DNA of 64,000 nucleotides from Escherichia coli O157 typing phage 13. Below, piece after piece: positions 18,591-28,253 of this stretch. The translations under genes and the position numbers were made by a program. The notes below the pieces were generated by a model. That model worked only from the letters and a program-made list of their open reading frames with translations. It was not told the origin of the DNA and searched no databases. Positions within the stretch are counted from its first letter, which is position 1, and each line of letters begins with the position of its first letter. The stretch lies in sequence record KP869111; one strand, given 5' to 3'.

Positions 18591-18904
18591 ATTTCCTCGC
18601 AAAATGCCCATTCAGCGTGATAAACTGTAGCGCCTTTAGTATCATTCATTTGAACTACATCTACCGGAGAAATTACTCGATAGAGACGTGGTTCACCTCC
18701 ATAAGAGCGTGCTGCTCGTCCTGCATAAATCTTTGCTAAACCGATATCTTCAGTAAAGAATACACGATCCAAGTTTTTCTTACGTCCAGTTTCAGACAGA
18801 ACTCCTGTTTCTTCAGGAGGACAAAGCATGTTTTCGATGTTAGCTGAACTACTTGAACCGTGATAAAAAATCTTAAATTCTGCTTTACAATCAATGGTTT
18901 TCAT
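18587..18904 (-). CDS. hypothetical protein
   Basis: 105 aa; SD GGAG lies in downstream arm of promoter hairpin. Confidence 0.5.
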   Translation of the reverse strand: MKTIDCKAEFKIFYHGSSSSANIENMLCPPEETGVLSETGRKKNLDRVFFTEDIGLAKIYAGRAARSYGGEPRLYRVISPVDVVQMNDTKGATVYHAEWAFCEEI

Positions 18905-18930
18905 TTTGTTCTCCGGTAGTTGATAGGTCT

Positions 18931-18959
18931 ATAATAACACAACTACCGGAGAAGTAAAC
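18931..18959 (-). promoter_or_regulatory. early-type promoter GTTTAC-N17-TATTAT flanked by 12-bp perfect inverted repeat (CTCCGGTAGTTG / CAACTACCGGAG)
   Basis: arms at 18911-18922 and 18940-18951; downstream arm contains SD GGAG. Confidence 0.6.
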
Positions 18960-19334
18960 TTAAAAACGTAATTTAGATATATCTGCGTTGATTTCGTTTT
19001 GGTTTGCGTCGTATGCAATTAAACGAACCGCTTTAGATGGGTCATTCAATGCATAGAAATGATGGAACATTGCTCGAACGATATCACCATTTACGAGTTC
19101 TACCTGGATAGGAGAACCTTTTTCGAGTTGGAAATGTTCATAAGCTTTGATGGTTCGCAGATAATCAAGTTTTTGATTTCCAGCTCCAACAATTTGTACG
19201 ATACGTTTGCCCATGTTTTCCATACGAGATACAATAGTTTTAGGAGCAAGAATAACGTAGGTTGCCAGTGGAGAAACTACTTCAACAGTTGTGTTTTCGG
19301 TGATTGCAGTAAAAATTGCTTGAGACATATTCAT
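18960..19334 (-). CDS. hypothetical protein
   Basis: 124 aa; preceded by GTTTAC promoter at about 19345-19395. Confidence 0.5.
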   Translation of the reverse strand: MNMSQAIFTAITENTTVEVVSPLATYVILAPKTIVSRMENMGKRIVQIVGAGNQKLDYLRTIKAYEHFQLEKGSPIQVELVNGDIVRAMFHHFYALNDPSKAVRLIAYDANQNEINADISKLRF

Positions 19335-19400
19335 AATGTTTTCCTCTTGGTTGGTGTAAGTACATCATATCATGCCTAGAGGAAGATGTAAACCCAGAAA

Positions 19401-19416
19401 GGAGACCGAAGTCTCC
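19401..19416 (-). terminator. hairpin GGAGAC-UUCG-GUCUCC downstream of gene 41 (possibly bidirectional)
   Basis: 6-bp stem; on plus strand followed by TTTTTATT, on minus strand by TTTCTGGGTTT. Confidence 0.5.
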
Positions 19417-19422
19417 TTTTTA

Positions 19423-20865
19423 TTAAAATTTTAACTCATTGGCTAAGCTATCTAGGTCAGCACGTGTTGCTTTGGCTTTACCTACGCGTTCCGTACGATT
19501 CACCTCTGCCTGACGCATCTGAGCACCTGCGTTTTCATTTACTGTGTTAGGTGTGTTCATGCCTTCTTGCTCAATCTCAATCCATTTCTGGTTGCCTTTA
19601 CGTACACCCATCAGGAATTTATTCCACTTATTCTTATCGCCGTATCGTGATTTGATTTGTTTGATAAGTTGTTGTTCAGCTTGTGCAAGTTCTTCGGTTT
19701 CAATTACAGCCAACATGAAATCCGCCGTTGCTGGTAAACCTGCTGATTCTGCAATATCACTCATGTTCATGTCTGAAGCATCCCATGCTGCACGTCCTAC
19801 TTGAGCTGCAGTCCATAGAACTGTTTCAGATTCTACTGCTAATGCACGAAGTTCTTCTGCGATAGCTTTAACTAATGTGTAGCTATTTTCAGTGTAAACT
19901 CTGATACGACAAGACCCACAAATACCTAAGTAATCAACCATGATTACAGATGGTACAAAGTTCTTCTTAAGTTTTAACTCATTAAGCAATGCACGAAATG
20001 TATTAGCATTAGCTCCACCAGTAGGATACTGTTTAACTACTAAACGTCCTAATGTTGTTTTTGAACGCCATTTTTCCATCTTGGCTTTATATTCAGCATA
20101 AGATACGTTACCATCATCAATATCATCAAGTGATACGTCAAGCATGTTTGCATCTATACGCTTAGCACAAACTTCTTCAGCCATTTCCATAGAAATATAA
20201 AGAACGTTATGACCTGTTTGAAGATAATCTGCAGCAAGTGAACAAAGGCCTAAAGATTTACCAACGTTAACACCGGCCATTAAAACGTTCAGTGTACCTG
20301 TTTCTGCACCACCTTTGGTGATTTTATTCAGAATGTTTAATTTGAACGGGACCTTACGTGCTTTATTTAGATAAGAAAGCCAGCGTGCTTCATAATCTTC
20401 CATCCAGTCATGGCCAACATAACTATCAAACGAAATTGAAAGTGCTTGACGCATAATATCAGGAATAGCTCCTACGTCAGGCATTTTCTTGTTACGTTGT
20501 TCTGGAGGTAGTTCAGCATTAGACTGAATCTCAATGATTTTGGATGTAGCATTATACATCGCTTTTTGCTGGACATATTTCTCAGTTTCTTTAACCAACC
20601 ATTCATGGTCTTCAGGAGTATCAGCCAATTTTTCAATTAGGTCTGAAGTTCCTTTATATTCGGCTTCAGTTAAAGAACTGTTATCTAAAGCCACCTTTAA
20701 CGCATTGATAGATGGCATTGCATTATATTCGTTAACGTGGCTCTTTATAATTTTAAAGACATTTTTTGCCGGTCCACGCTCAAAATACTCAGAATCCATA
20801 TAAGGCCAGACCTTAGAAAAATAAGCCTGGTCATATACGAGATGAGACAAAATAATTTCTACCAC
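19423..20865 (-). CDS. 41: replicative DNA helicase (DnaB-like)
   Basis: 480 aa; Walker A GVNVGKS; matches T4 gp41. Confidence 0.9.
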   Translation of the reverse strand: MVEIILSHLVYDQAYFSKVWPYMDSEYFERGPAKNVFKIIKSHVNEYNAMPSINALKVALDNSSLTEAEYKGTSDLIEKLADTPEDHEWLVKETEKYVQQKAMYNATSKIIEIQSNAELPPEQRNKKMPDVGAIPDIMRQALSISFDSYVGHDWMEDYEARWLSYLNKARKVPFKLNILNKITKGGAETGTLNVLMAGVNVGKSLGLCSLAADYLQTGHNVLYISMEMAEEVCAKRIDANMLDVSLDDIDDGNVSYAEYKAKMEKWRSKTTLGRLVVKQYPTGGANANTFRALLNELKLKKNFVPSVIMVDYLGICGSCRIRVYTENSYTLVKAIAEELRALAVESETVLWTAAQVGRAAWDASDMNMSDIAESAGLPATADFMLAVIETEELAQAEQQLIKQIKSRYGDKNKWNKFLMGVRKGNQKWIEIEQEGMNTPNTVNENAGAQMRQAEVNRTERVGKAKATRADLDSLANELKF

Positions 20866-20874
20866 GATAACTCC

Positions 20875-21216
20875 TTAAAAGAATTTAAATTTTTTCTTGG
20901 TTCGTTCATTAAAAGCTTGTTGTACTTGCATTGTAACACATTTTTCAACATGTGGTGCAAGTTCTGCTTTTCTGTCCTGGTCAAGAACTGCAAAGTCCAT
21001 TACGATTTTACCATCAACCCAGTCTAGTTTTGTAATATAGACTATATGATGAGAACCATCTTCAAGTGTAATCAGAATCTCTTGAATGACATTTTCCATT
21101 GCTGAACGGATAATTTTAAGAGATTCATTAAACACTCGTTCTTTGCGAATGTCTTCCCCTTCCGAAGAAGGGGATTCATCAACGATTTCTAGATTTAAAT
21201 CATCGAGATTATTCAT
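20875..21216 (-). CDS. hypothetical protein (gene 40 position by synteny)
   Basis: ORF between uvsX and 41; start taken at second ATG to limit overlap with uvsX. Confidence 0.45.
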   Translation of the reverse strand: MNNLDDLNLEIVDESPSSEGEDIRKERVFNESLKIIRSAMENVIQEILITLEDGSHHIVYITKLDWVDGKIVMDFAVLDQDRKAELAPHVEKCVTMQVQQAFNERTKKKFKFF

Positions 21217-22381
21217 CGAAATCTTCCATTTCGTCAAGGTCGTTTTCTATATCTGCTGCAGACGGAGCATCAGAAGTTTTAACCGGAACTTTAGTTGTTG
21301 CTTTGCAATTAATAAGGTCGTTAACAGCGTCATCAACTTCTTTAATAGAAGAGATAGCACCTAGTTTATATTTAGTTTCAATTGCATCTCGGAAAGGTTT
21401 GTGTTTAAACAAAGGTCCCCAGAATTCTACACAATCGGTAGCTTTAGCACGCCATGATTTCTCTTCACGAATCATTTCGCCTGTTTCTTCGTCAAGGAAT
21501 TCGCGAGCATACCACCCGGCTTTAGGCTTAACAACAAATCCAATTTCAGTTGCCATTTCTAACAAGCCACTGAATGGGTCAATACCGCCATCAAAATTAA
21601 CCGTGATCGGGAAAGTAGATTTCTCTTTAACTGTACGAGATTTTTCCGCTTTCAACGTAAAGTCATAACCGGTCAATTCTGTACCTTCTTTAACCTGACG
21701 TTTAGAGATAAAAAATACCGTGTTGGCAGAATAAAGAATACCTGTACCACCGCCCATAATCTCTTTAGGATACAATCCGCCGATTTCCATTGCTGTATGG
21801 TTGATTGCAACACATGGAATATCTTTAATAGTCAGATAAGGAGTCACAATGCGGAACAGAGATTTAAGTGCCTTAGCACGAGACATATCACCTACAACTT
21901 TCTCGTTCAATGCATCTTCGGTTTCTTTCTTAGATGCAGTATTACCAATCGAGTCAATAAAGATAATAACTTTATCACCGCGTTCAATAGCGTCAAGCTG
22001 ATTAGTCATATCAACTTTAAGTTGTTCGACAGATTGAATCGGAGTATGAACTACACGGTCTAAATCAACACCCATTGAACGAAAATAAGATTCCGAAGCA
22101 CCGAATTCTGAGTCATAAAACAAACAGATTGCATCTTTATATTTCTTCATATACGCTGCAACCATAGTTAGTCCAAACAACGTTTTAAAGTGTTTAGAAG
22201 GAGCAGCAAAAATAGTTAAGCCTGATTGCAACCCGGCATTCAGTGCACCACCTAATGCAATATTCAACATCGGAATACGAGTAGGGACTTCATCGCGATT
22301 ATTAAACAGCTTAGACTTAGTCAAGTCTGCAGTCATTTTAGAAGTAGAAGCTTTAATCAGACGAGATTTTAAATCAGACAT
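21209..22381 (-). CDS. uvsX: UvsX recombinase (RecA-like)
   Basis: 390 aa; MSDLKSRLIKASTSK... closely matches T4 UvsX. Confidence 0.9.
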   Translation of the reverse strand: MSDLKSRLIKASTSKMTADLTKSKLFNNRDEVPTRIPMLNIALGGALNAGLQSGLTIFAAPSKHFKTLFGLTMVAAYMKKYKDAICLFYDSEFGASESYFRSMGVDLDRVVHTPIQSVEQLKVDMTNQLDAIERGDKVIIFIDSIGNTASKKETEDALNEKVVGDMSRAKALKSLFRIVTPYLTIKDIPCVAINHTAMEIGGLYPKEIMGGGTGILYSANTVFFISKRQVKEGTELTGYDFTLKAEKSRTVKEKSTFPITVNFDGGIDPFSGLLEMATEIGFVVKPKAGWYAREFLDEETGEMIREEKSWRAKATDCVEFWGPLFKHKPFRDAIETKYKLGAISSIKEVDDAVNDLINCKATTKVPVKTSDAPSAADIENDLDEMEDFDE

Positions 22382-22434
22382 TGTATTTTTCCATAGGCAT
22401 CATTATATTTTACTCATGTTTAAAAGATAAGATG

Positions 22435-22461
22435 ATTATATACTAAGGGTTATACAGCATT
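22435..22461 (-). promoter_or_regulatory. candidate T4 middle promoter (MotA-box-like AATGCTGTA + 12 bp + TATAAT) upstream of uvsX
   Basis: one mismatch to TGCTT core; spacing fits the middle promoter rule. Confidence 0.35.
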
Positions 22462-22479
22462 TAAAACTTTAAATGACTC

Positions 22480-23028
22480 TTAACGAGCCCATTTGATGAT
22501 TTCTGTAATCAAATCATTACGTTCGCTTGCATTAAATCCTATAACTTTGTTAGCACCATCATGATTAAGTAATTGATACGTTTGGATTTTGTTATGAATT
22601 GCAAACTCTTCAAAATGTGAAATGACTGTATTAAAACCGAATGAAGACAAAGTGATAAGGTCGTCTTCAAAACTTTCAGTCATTTCGTTACGTGTTAAAA
22701 TAATTGTGAACACATCATGGTTTTGGCAAAGACGAACATAATCCTGTTCATAAACGTCAAGAACCGAGTCCGCATCTTGTCGAATACGTCCATAAACCCA
22801 GTTACTAATATATCCACGGTCTAACAGATAAATCTTAGTAGGGTCTAAATAATTCAACATCGTTTCGAAACAGCCAACTTCATTTCGAGACTTAACATCG
22901 AAACGTCCATCAACTGTTCGTTTAGGGAAATCAATCTTTACATATCTTTCACTAATTTCCATTATGTCATTAATGAAAGTTGTTTTACCAGCATTATCCG
23001 GGCCATCTACTAAAATAATTTTAGCCAT
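22480..23028 (-). CDS. P-loop kinase (NMP-kinase / thymidylate-kinase-like fold), substrate unknown
   Basis: 182 aa; Walker A LVDGPDNAGKTTF; GAGGAA SD; no T4 counterpart recognised at this position. Confidence 0.5.
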   Translation of the reverse strand: MAKIILVDGPDNAGKTTFINDIMEISERYVKIDFPKRTVDGRFDVKSRNEVGCFETMLNYLDPTKIYLLDRGYISNWVYGRIRQDADSVLDVYEQDYVRLCQNHDVFTIILTRNEMTESFEDDLITLSSFGFNTVISHFEEFAIHNKIQTYQLLNHDGANKVIGFNASERNDLITEIIKWAR

Positions 23029-23029
23029 T

Positions 23030-23929
23030 TTATTCCTCGATTACGACATCTTCATATTTAGGTATATTATACGGTGAAGAAATTAAAGCATTAAAGTAGA
23101 TGAACTCACCAAGACCTGGATGAAATACTTCTTCAGGATTTTCGAAATATTGAATCTTCGGACGTCCTTTAAGAATTTGATAGTACTCAGTTTTAGTTGG
23201 TTTAAAAATTCGAATCAACGCTTCTTCAGGATACTTATTTCTGTCGAAGCTATTATTTGGATCGGTTATATAAAGCGGTTGACCTAATTGAATTGCGCAT
23301 TCAACAACTTGTTCAAAACGATAGCATGGGTCACTAATTCGAAATGGATGAAAAATACCATCTAGATGAATAGGAGCCAAATCACCTACAAGACGCTGCA
23401 TGATGGAAGGACGTATAACTTTCTGCGTTACGATAATCTTATTACCATCTGCACCTGCGTTAACCAGCACTTCTTTTTGACGTTCATTCAACACAGTAGT
23501 TTGAAGTGAACGATTAACCGACAACATATCAGTTTTTAAGAATTCGTCAATATAAAAACGTGGTTTATTAGGGTCTGCAGTGATATTGAAATTGAATTCC
23601 ACATCAAAAGCGCCGTCATATCCAGTGATATCTGTGATTAAAAAATCACAATCATAATAAGCAATTAATGAATCAACAACAAATTCATTTTCAGACCAGA
23701 AATATTTACGAGTGTTATACGCGTTATCTTTATACCATAATGGAACAAACTTAAATTCTGGAAAAAGACGTTCGCATTCTTTAATATCAGATGCATTACG
23801 TGGATATGTAATCACATCACCCGGATTAGCACGGTGCAAATGAAGTTGGAAGTTGCCATCCTTAAGGATAGCATACTGTCCAGTTTCATAAGACCGCATA
23901 CTCAAGATTGGTACGCGGAAAATAGCCAT
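23030..23929 (-). CDS. hypothetical protein, possible second glycosyltransferase (beta-gt position)
   Basis: 299 aa; C-terminal EQVVECAIQLGQPLYI loosely resembles GT-B EA..G.P(V/L) motif; TAATG overlap with upstream gene. Confidence 0.45.
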   Translation of the reverse strand: MAIFRVPILSMRSYETGQYAILKDGNFQLHLHRANPGDVITYPRNASDIKECERLFPEFKFVPLWYKDNAYNTRKYFWSENEFVVDSLIAYYDCDFLITDITGYDGAFDVEFNFNITADPNKPRFYIDEFLKTDMLSVNRSLQTTVLNERQKEVLVNAGADGNKIIVTQKVIRPSIMQRLVGDLAPIHLDGIFHPFRISDPCYRFEQVVECAIQLGQPLYITDPNNSFDRNKYPEEALIRIFKPTKTEYYQILKGRPKIQYFENPEEVFHPGLGEFIYFNALISSPYNIPKYEDVVIEE

Positions 23930-24645
23930 TAGTCAAGGAATCCTTTAACATAATCAAAATCACGTTCAAACACATGGGCACTTACCATGGTATGAGTATA
24001 ATCACCAACTTCTACCCCACATTCGTTAGCGATATAATGAAGTAATTTTCCTTGGAGATAAAAATCCAACTGCATAACAACAGCACAGTTCTGAGAACGC
24101 ATATGACAGTGGGTATAAAGCTTACCATCACGAATATAATAAGTCACTGAGTCAGTACATGGATATTCAAGCGTTTCGTCCGAATCAAGCAAAGCCTGAT
24201 CAGAACTTTCTAGAATTTGGAACACAACTCTTCGAGAGTTAGGCTTCTCTTTAAGTTCTTTTAGAAGAGCTGGTAATTGGGCCGCAATGCGAGGACCATA
24301 GAAAGTGTTGAAGTTCGCCGGCAAAACATCTGATTTTGGTTTAGAAATAAATTTAGCGACATTAGGATATGCCTTAAACGCTTCTTCTGCGTTGGTACCA
24401 CCAGAAATCATAAACTTCCAGAAGTCTTCGGCATATTCATAAGAGATGCGGTTAATACGTGGGTCGGTCATTTTGAATGATGATGGAGTGTCAACAACTA
24501 CTGTCATAGACCCAATTTCATTACAACGTCCAATACGAGAATCAGTTACGAATTCCGGGTTTTCTAAAATTTCACGATTGACTGCTTTAAATGCGGTTTG
24601 AAAATCTGCGGCTTTGATATATTTCATTGTGTTATGTTTTCCCAT
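23929..24645 (-). CDS. pyrimidine hydroxymethylase of thymidylate synthase superfamily (dCMP hydroxymethylase, gene 42-like but divergent)
   Basis: 238 aa; NSRRVVFQI, YPCTDSVTYYIRDGKL (catalytic Cys), MRSQNC, SAHVFERDF align to T4 gp42 / TS motifs; GAGGT SD. Confidence 0.6.
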   Translation of the reverse strand: MGKHNTMKYIKAADFQTAFKAVNREILENPEFVTDSRIGRCNEIGSMTVVVDTPSSFKMTDPRINRISYEYAEDFWKFMISGGTNAEEAFKAYPNVAKFISKPKSDVLPANFNTFYGPRIAAQLPALLKELKEKPNSRRVVFQILESSDQALLDSDETLEYPCTDSVTYYIRDGKLYTHCHMRSQNCAVVMQLDFYLQGKLLHYIANECGVEVGDYTHTMVSAHVFERDFDYVKGFLD

Positions 24646-24687
24646 GTTTACCTCAATACAATTTATTATATACTCAATTCGTAAAGC

Positions 24688-24927
24688 TTATTTGAATTTC
24701 TTGACAATGTTGATATAACGTAAAGCTTCAGCATCGATACTTCCAAGAACACTATGAAGAAATGCATCAGCGTAGTATTCCAATTGAACAGGTTCTTTAA
24801 TCACTTTAGCCGCTTTAGTTTCAAACAGGCCCATCAGGGCCTTTTTAAGAATTTGTTCGTTGCTGTTAATTTTCATAGTCAAAATCTCTTCATTAAGTTG
24901 GTGGTTAAAAGTTTTTCTAGAAATCAT
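24688..24927 (-). CDS. small acidic protein (weak carrier-protein-like LGSID motif)
   Basis: 79-aa ORF; ATGA overlap with upstream gene. Confidence 0.4.
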   Translation of the reverse strand: MISRKTFNHQLNEEILTMKINSNEQILKKALMGLFETKAAKVIKEPVQLEYYADAFLHSVLGSIDAEALRYINIVKKFK

Positions 24928-26084
24928 TCCGGGTACCTCAAAGCGTCATCAGAGTTAGTTATATCAATAATAGATATAGAGTTTTCTGCTAACCCGTTTT
25001 TAGATAATTGACGTTTATAATATCTTTCACAATATGTACACGTCGTCCCGCAGATTTCATTAGCACAATCGAAATCTGGATGTCTGAACCACCTTTTTTC
25101 TAAAAAGCCATCTAACAAAGAGGTTTCAATATTTACTGTATGTGAAAACTCAGTTTCGTTTTCAAGAGTGAAAATAGTCTCTAAAGGCTTCCACAGTTCT
25201 AACAAATTACCTTCAAACTTTTCAGAAGCGTATGCTTCAAGAACTTTCAAAATGTAGTCTGTGCTACCTGTACGTCCTGAAACTTTGAATTGAGTGATAC
25301 CAATATCATTATAAAGTTTCAAATCTTGAGGACGAACAAAACGAGTTCTCAACCAGTTAAATGGGTCTGTATCACGAGCTTTAATACAGTGCTGCATAGG
25401 ATATCCGTTTAAGGATTTAGCATCATCAGCTGTAACATCAGTACTATGGAAAATATAGCAAGAGTCACGATAGCTACAATGTGTTGTATACCCTTTACCA
25501 GCATTAGAACAGAACTCATTTACAAGAACTTCAAATATTATATTGTTCTTATTGCAAAACTCTGCTGCACGCTTCAGGAAAGAAACTGAACGGTTCTTAT
25601 GAATTCCACAGCAGACCTTTTTGATATTATACTGGTCATGCAAGTATTTGATTTGAGTTACAGCATCGACATGTAGAATTGTTGAAACTTCAATCTCAAT
25701 GTCTTTATTGACTTCACGAACAATTTCCATAACAACAGGGTTAGCGATAGTAATACGCCATACGCCTATTGACCAAAGATACTGAACATAATCCTGAATA
25801 GCTTTCTTCTTCCACCCAACTAGTTCTCTTTTTGAACCAGGATTTATCGTGTTGAGTGTATAGTTAAAGCAAATACCTAATTCGTTACAACGTTTAACGT
25901 AATCTTCTAACATCTTTTTGTCAACGTCAGGAAGCCTAAAATCAGGTCTGGCTGCTACAAAAGCCATTTCTCTTGTAGAGCCGTATACTTCGTTTATCAA
26001 GCTATTAGGATAAGTTTTATTGAGCTCTACGATTTTATCAAGAAGAGCTAAATCAAAATTCGTTCCAATTTTAAAAGTATTCAT
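24924..26084 (-). CDS. Cys-rich protein of uncertain family (possible Fe-S enzyme; peptidase-U32-like or radical-SAM-like features)
   Basis: Track M1 is GTG; ATG at MNTFKIG; Cys clusters EFCSNAGKGYTTHCSYRDSC and C-terminal CANEICGTTCTYC (CxxxCxYC spacing). Confidence 0.45.
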   Translation of the reverse strand: MNTFKIGTNFDLALLDKIVELNKTYPNSLINEVYGSTREMAFVAARPDFRLPDVDKKMLEDYVKRCNELGICFNYTLNTINPGSKRELVGWKKKAIQDYVQYLWSIGVWRITIANPVVMEIVREVNKDIEIEVSTILHVDAVTQIKYLHDQYNIKKVCCGIHKNRSVSFLKRAAEFCNKNNIIFEVLVNEFCSNAGKGYTTHCSYRDSCYIFHSTDVTADDAKSLNGYPMQHCIKARDTDPFNWLRTRFVRPQDLKLYNDIGITQFKVSGRTGSTDYILKVLEAYASEKFEGNLLELWKPLETIFTLENETEFSHTVNIETSLLDGFLEKRWFRHPDFDCANEICGTTCTYCERYYKRQLSKNGLAENSISIIDITNSDDALRYPE

Positions 26085-26140
26085 TTTTTTGCATCTCACG
26101 TTAATTGATGCGATGGTTTTTGCAGGTCTTACTTAAATTA

Positions 26141-26527
26141 TTATAGATTCGGTTTATATGATTTAAATGTTTCGAATTCGCCTTTATTCATAAGAGCTTT
26201 GAATTCGTCAGGACGCATAGCTTTGTCGTCGATAATCCAATCATATACTGGTTTATGTGTTAGCAAATTATGGTACTTCAAACCAATGTTTTCCAAGTTC
26301 TGAATCAGACTTGGGAGAATGTCAATTGCTATACGACCAGGACCTACTGACTTCATACCGCGAGCAGTGTAAAGCGTTATGGTATGCCCTGCATCATACA
26401 GGGCATTAATAGCAGTCACCATTTCGACGTCTGGTTTGAAGTTCACGTAATCACGATTGTTATTCCACTCTGTTATACAATCATCGACATCAAAACAAAG
26501 ATTAAGCATGTTTTCTACACGGTGCAT
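26141..26527 (-). CDS. HAD-superfamily-like small phosphatase
   Basis: FDVDDC (motif I-like DxD), conserved K, IIDD (motif IV-like); start at ATG overlapping upstream stop. Confidence 0.5.
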   Translation of the reverse strand: MHRVENMLNLCFDVDDCITEWNNNRDYVNFKPDVEMVTAINALYDAGHTITLYTARGMKSVGPGRIAIDILPSLIQNLENIGLKYHNLLTHKPVYDWIIDDKAMRPDEFKALMNKGEFETFKSYKPNL

Positions 26528-28212
26528 TAGATTCGTTCCCATTGATGAGTGATATCGCCACCGATTGGACGATAAGAAACACCAGTTTCTTTATCAGTTA
26601 GTACCCATTTACCAGGATTTTTTGTAATCAGAGTAGCCGTTACAGGTTCTGCTACGTCATAACTAATAGAGCCGTCCTGAAGTACACGGCCCATGTTACG
26701 TAATTGCTTAGTCAGAAGTTCCATACCTTTATAATATGCGGCTACCGCTTTAAGTGGATTATTCTTGAAATAACCACCTAATGCAATCCAGATAATTGCT
26801 ACAGCCAAATGATGATACTCGTTAAACGAACTCATCTTTCCATATTTGTAAACTAATGGATTGATGTTAATAGTCACATTACAAGTTGTTTCGTCAATAG
26901 TAAACTGTCCCCAGGTCGGATTAGCGTTGAATTCATCATAACCTGAAACAGCATAAAGCACTTTAGCTTCATCATACAATTTTGGCCCGTAAATCTTGGT
27001 TTCGCCAAAATATCCACGAGGGTCGATAAACTTGACTTCGCCGTTATCAGTAATCATAGTATTACTGAAGTTCGGGTCACCGTGAATAACAGAGTACTGT
27101 CCCTGAGAACGGGTATGATAACGAATAAGATGTTCTAAAGCTTGCTTCAGCATTGGCTTCAGACGTCCAATCTTAGTGTAGTTCACGTGTGTGATTTTAC
27201 CAAATGAATCAATCAATGGCTGAATGCTTTCACAACGATCAATAACTTTCGTATAGAACTCTTTAGTGAAATCACGGCGAACAGTTTCAGGACTTACAAA
27301 ATAAGTGTCTGTGCTGAATTTCAGTGCATCTAAAATTGCATCAACAATTTGTGGACGAGCAAGACTTGATTTGGATTTAATATATTCAAATGCTGGCTTA
27401 CCTTTAATACGTTCCATTTCAAAATTATTTTCATTTACCGAAACTAACTGAGGAACTGAATCTGATTTCACTTTCAAATACCATGAAATCTCATCTTTTT
27501 GAAGAGCTCGACCTTGTTCGGTTAACGCGAATTTAGTTACAGTTTCTTCGCCAATTTCAACTGCATTAAAACTACGATTAAGTTCACGAACTTCATGAGC
27601 TTTTTCAAGTTTAGGCATATCACCTAAATCAATTAGATTCATAAGCTCTGATTTATTGAATGCACTGCCGTAAAGGAATTCTACGAAATCACGTCCTTTG
27701 CAGTATTCATGAATTTCCTCATCAGTAGAACCCATGTAGAATTCCCAGTCTTTGAACTGATAAATTCCTACAACATTACCGCCTGTTGAACCTACGTTAG
27801 TGATATTTTCACCATCGAAATTATATCGACATTCATCACCCTTAACATAGATTGCGTTAACATTCCAAGACCATGAACCAAAATCAGGAATAATATCACA
27901 CCAGTTAACAATTACGTTATGGCCATCTAAATCTTTGTATAATTTAGCAAGAGCATAAGCAGAACCATACGCTTCATCAACTGTACGAATAGTCACATTG
28001 AACCCTTCTTGCTCGCAATAAGCTCGAACAGTTTCAGCAAATTTTGAATGAACTACTACAATAATTTCATCTGCGCCAAGGTCAGAATAAATTGTATACA
28101 AATTGCTCAGAATAGTGTCTTGTTTATAGTTAACAAGAACTTTTGGAATATGATGCGTTATTGGATACAAACGAGTTGCCAGTCCAGCACCAAGAATAAC
28201 AGCTTTTTTCAT
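26527..28212 (-). CDS. bifunctional sugar-1-phosphate nucleotidyltransferase (N-term) / small-molecule kinase of APH-choline-kinase fold (C-term)
   Basis: 561 aa; N-terminal ILGAGLATRLYPIT (RmlA/GlmU-like); C-terminal HGDPNFSNTMI...IDP (Brenner kinase motif); GAGGA SD. Confidence 0.65.
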   Translation of the reverse strand: MKKAVILGAGLATRLYPITHHIPKVLVNYKQDTILSNLYTIYSDLGADEIIVVVHSKFAETVRAYCEQEGFNVTIRTVDEAYGSAYALAKLYKDLDGHNVIVNWCDIIPDFGSWSWNVNAIYVKGDECRYNFDGENITNVGSTGGNVVGIYQFKDWEFYMGSTDEEIHEYCKGRDFVEFLYGSAFNKSELMNLIDLGDMPKLEKAHEVRELNRSFNAVEIGEETVTKFALTEQGRALQKDEISWYLKVKSDSVPQLVSVNENNFEMERIKGKPAFEYIKSKSSLARPQIVDAILDALKFSTDTYFVSPETVRRDFTKEFYTKVIDRCESIQPLIDSFGKITHVNYTKIGRLKPMLKQALEHLIRYHTRSQGQYSVIHGDPNFSNTMITDNGEVKFIDPRGYFGETKIYGPKLYDEAKVLYAVSGYDEFNANPTWGQFTIDETTCNVTININPLVYKYGKMSSFNEYHHLAVAIIWIALGGYFKNNPLKAVAAYYKGMELLTKQLRNMGRVLQDGSISYDVAEPVTATLITKNPGKWVLTDKETGVSYRPIGGDITHQWERI

Positions 28213-28253
28213 GTTGTGGTCCTCATTGGTAAGTAGGTGTATTGTACACTATT

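Noticed and set aside
24924-26099. Calling the Cys-rich protein a radical SAM enzyme
   Set aside because: The CxxxCxYC motif is at the extreme C-terminus rather than the usual N-terminal position, and no glycine-rich SAM-binding motif was evident; left as family uncertain.
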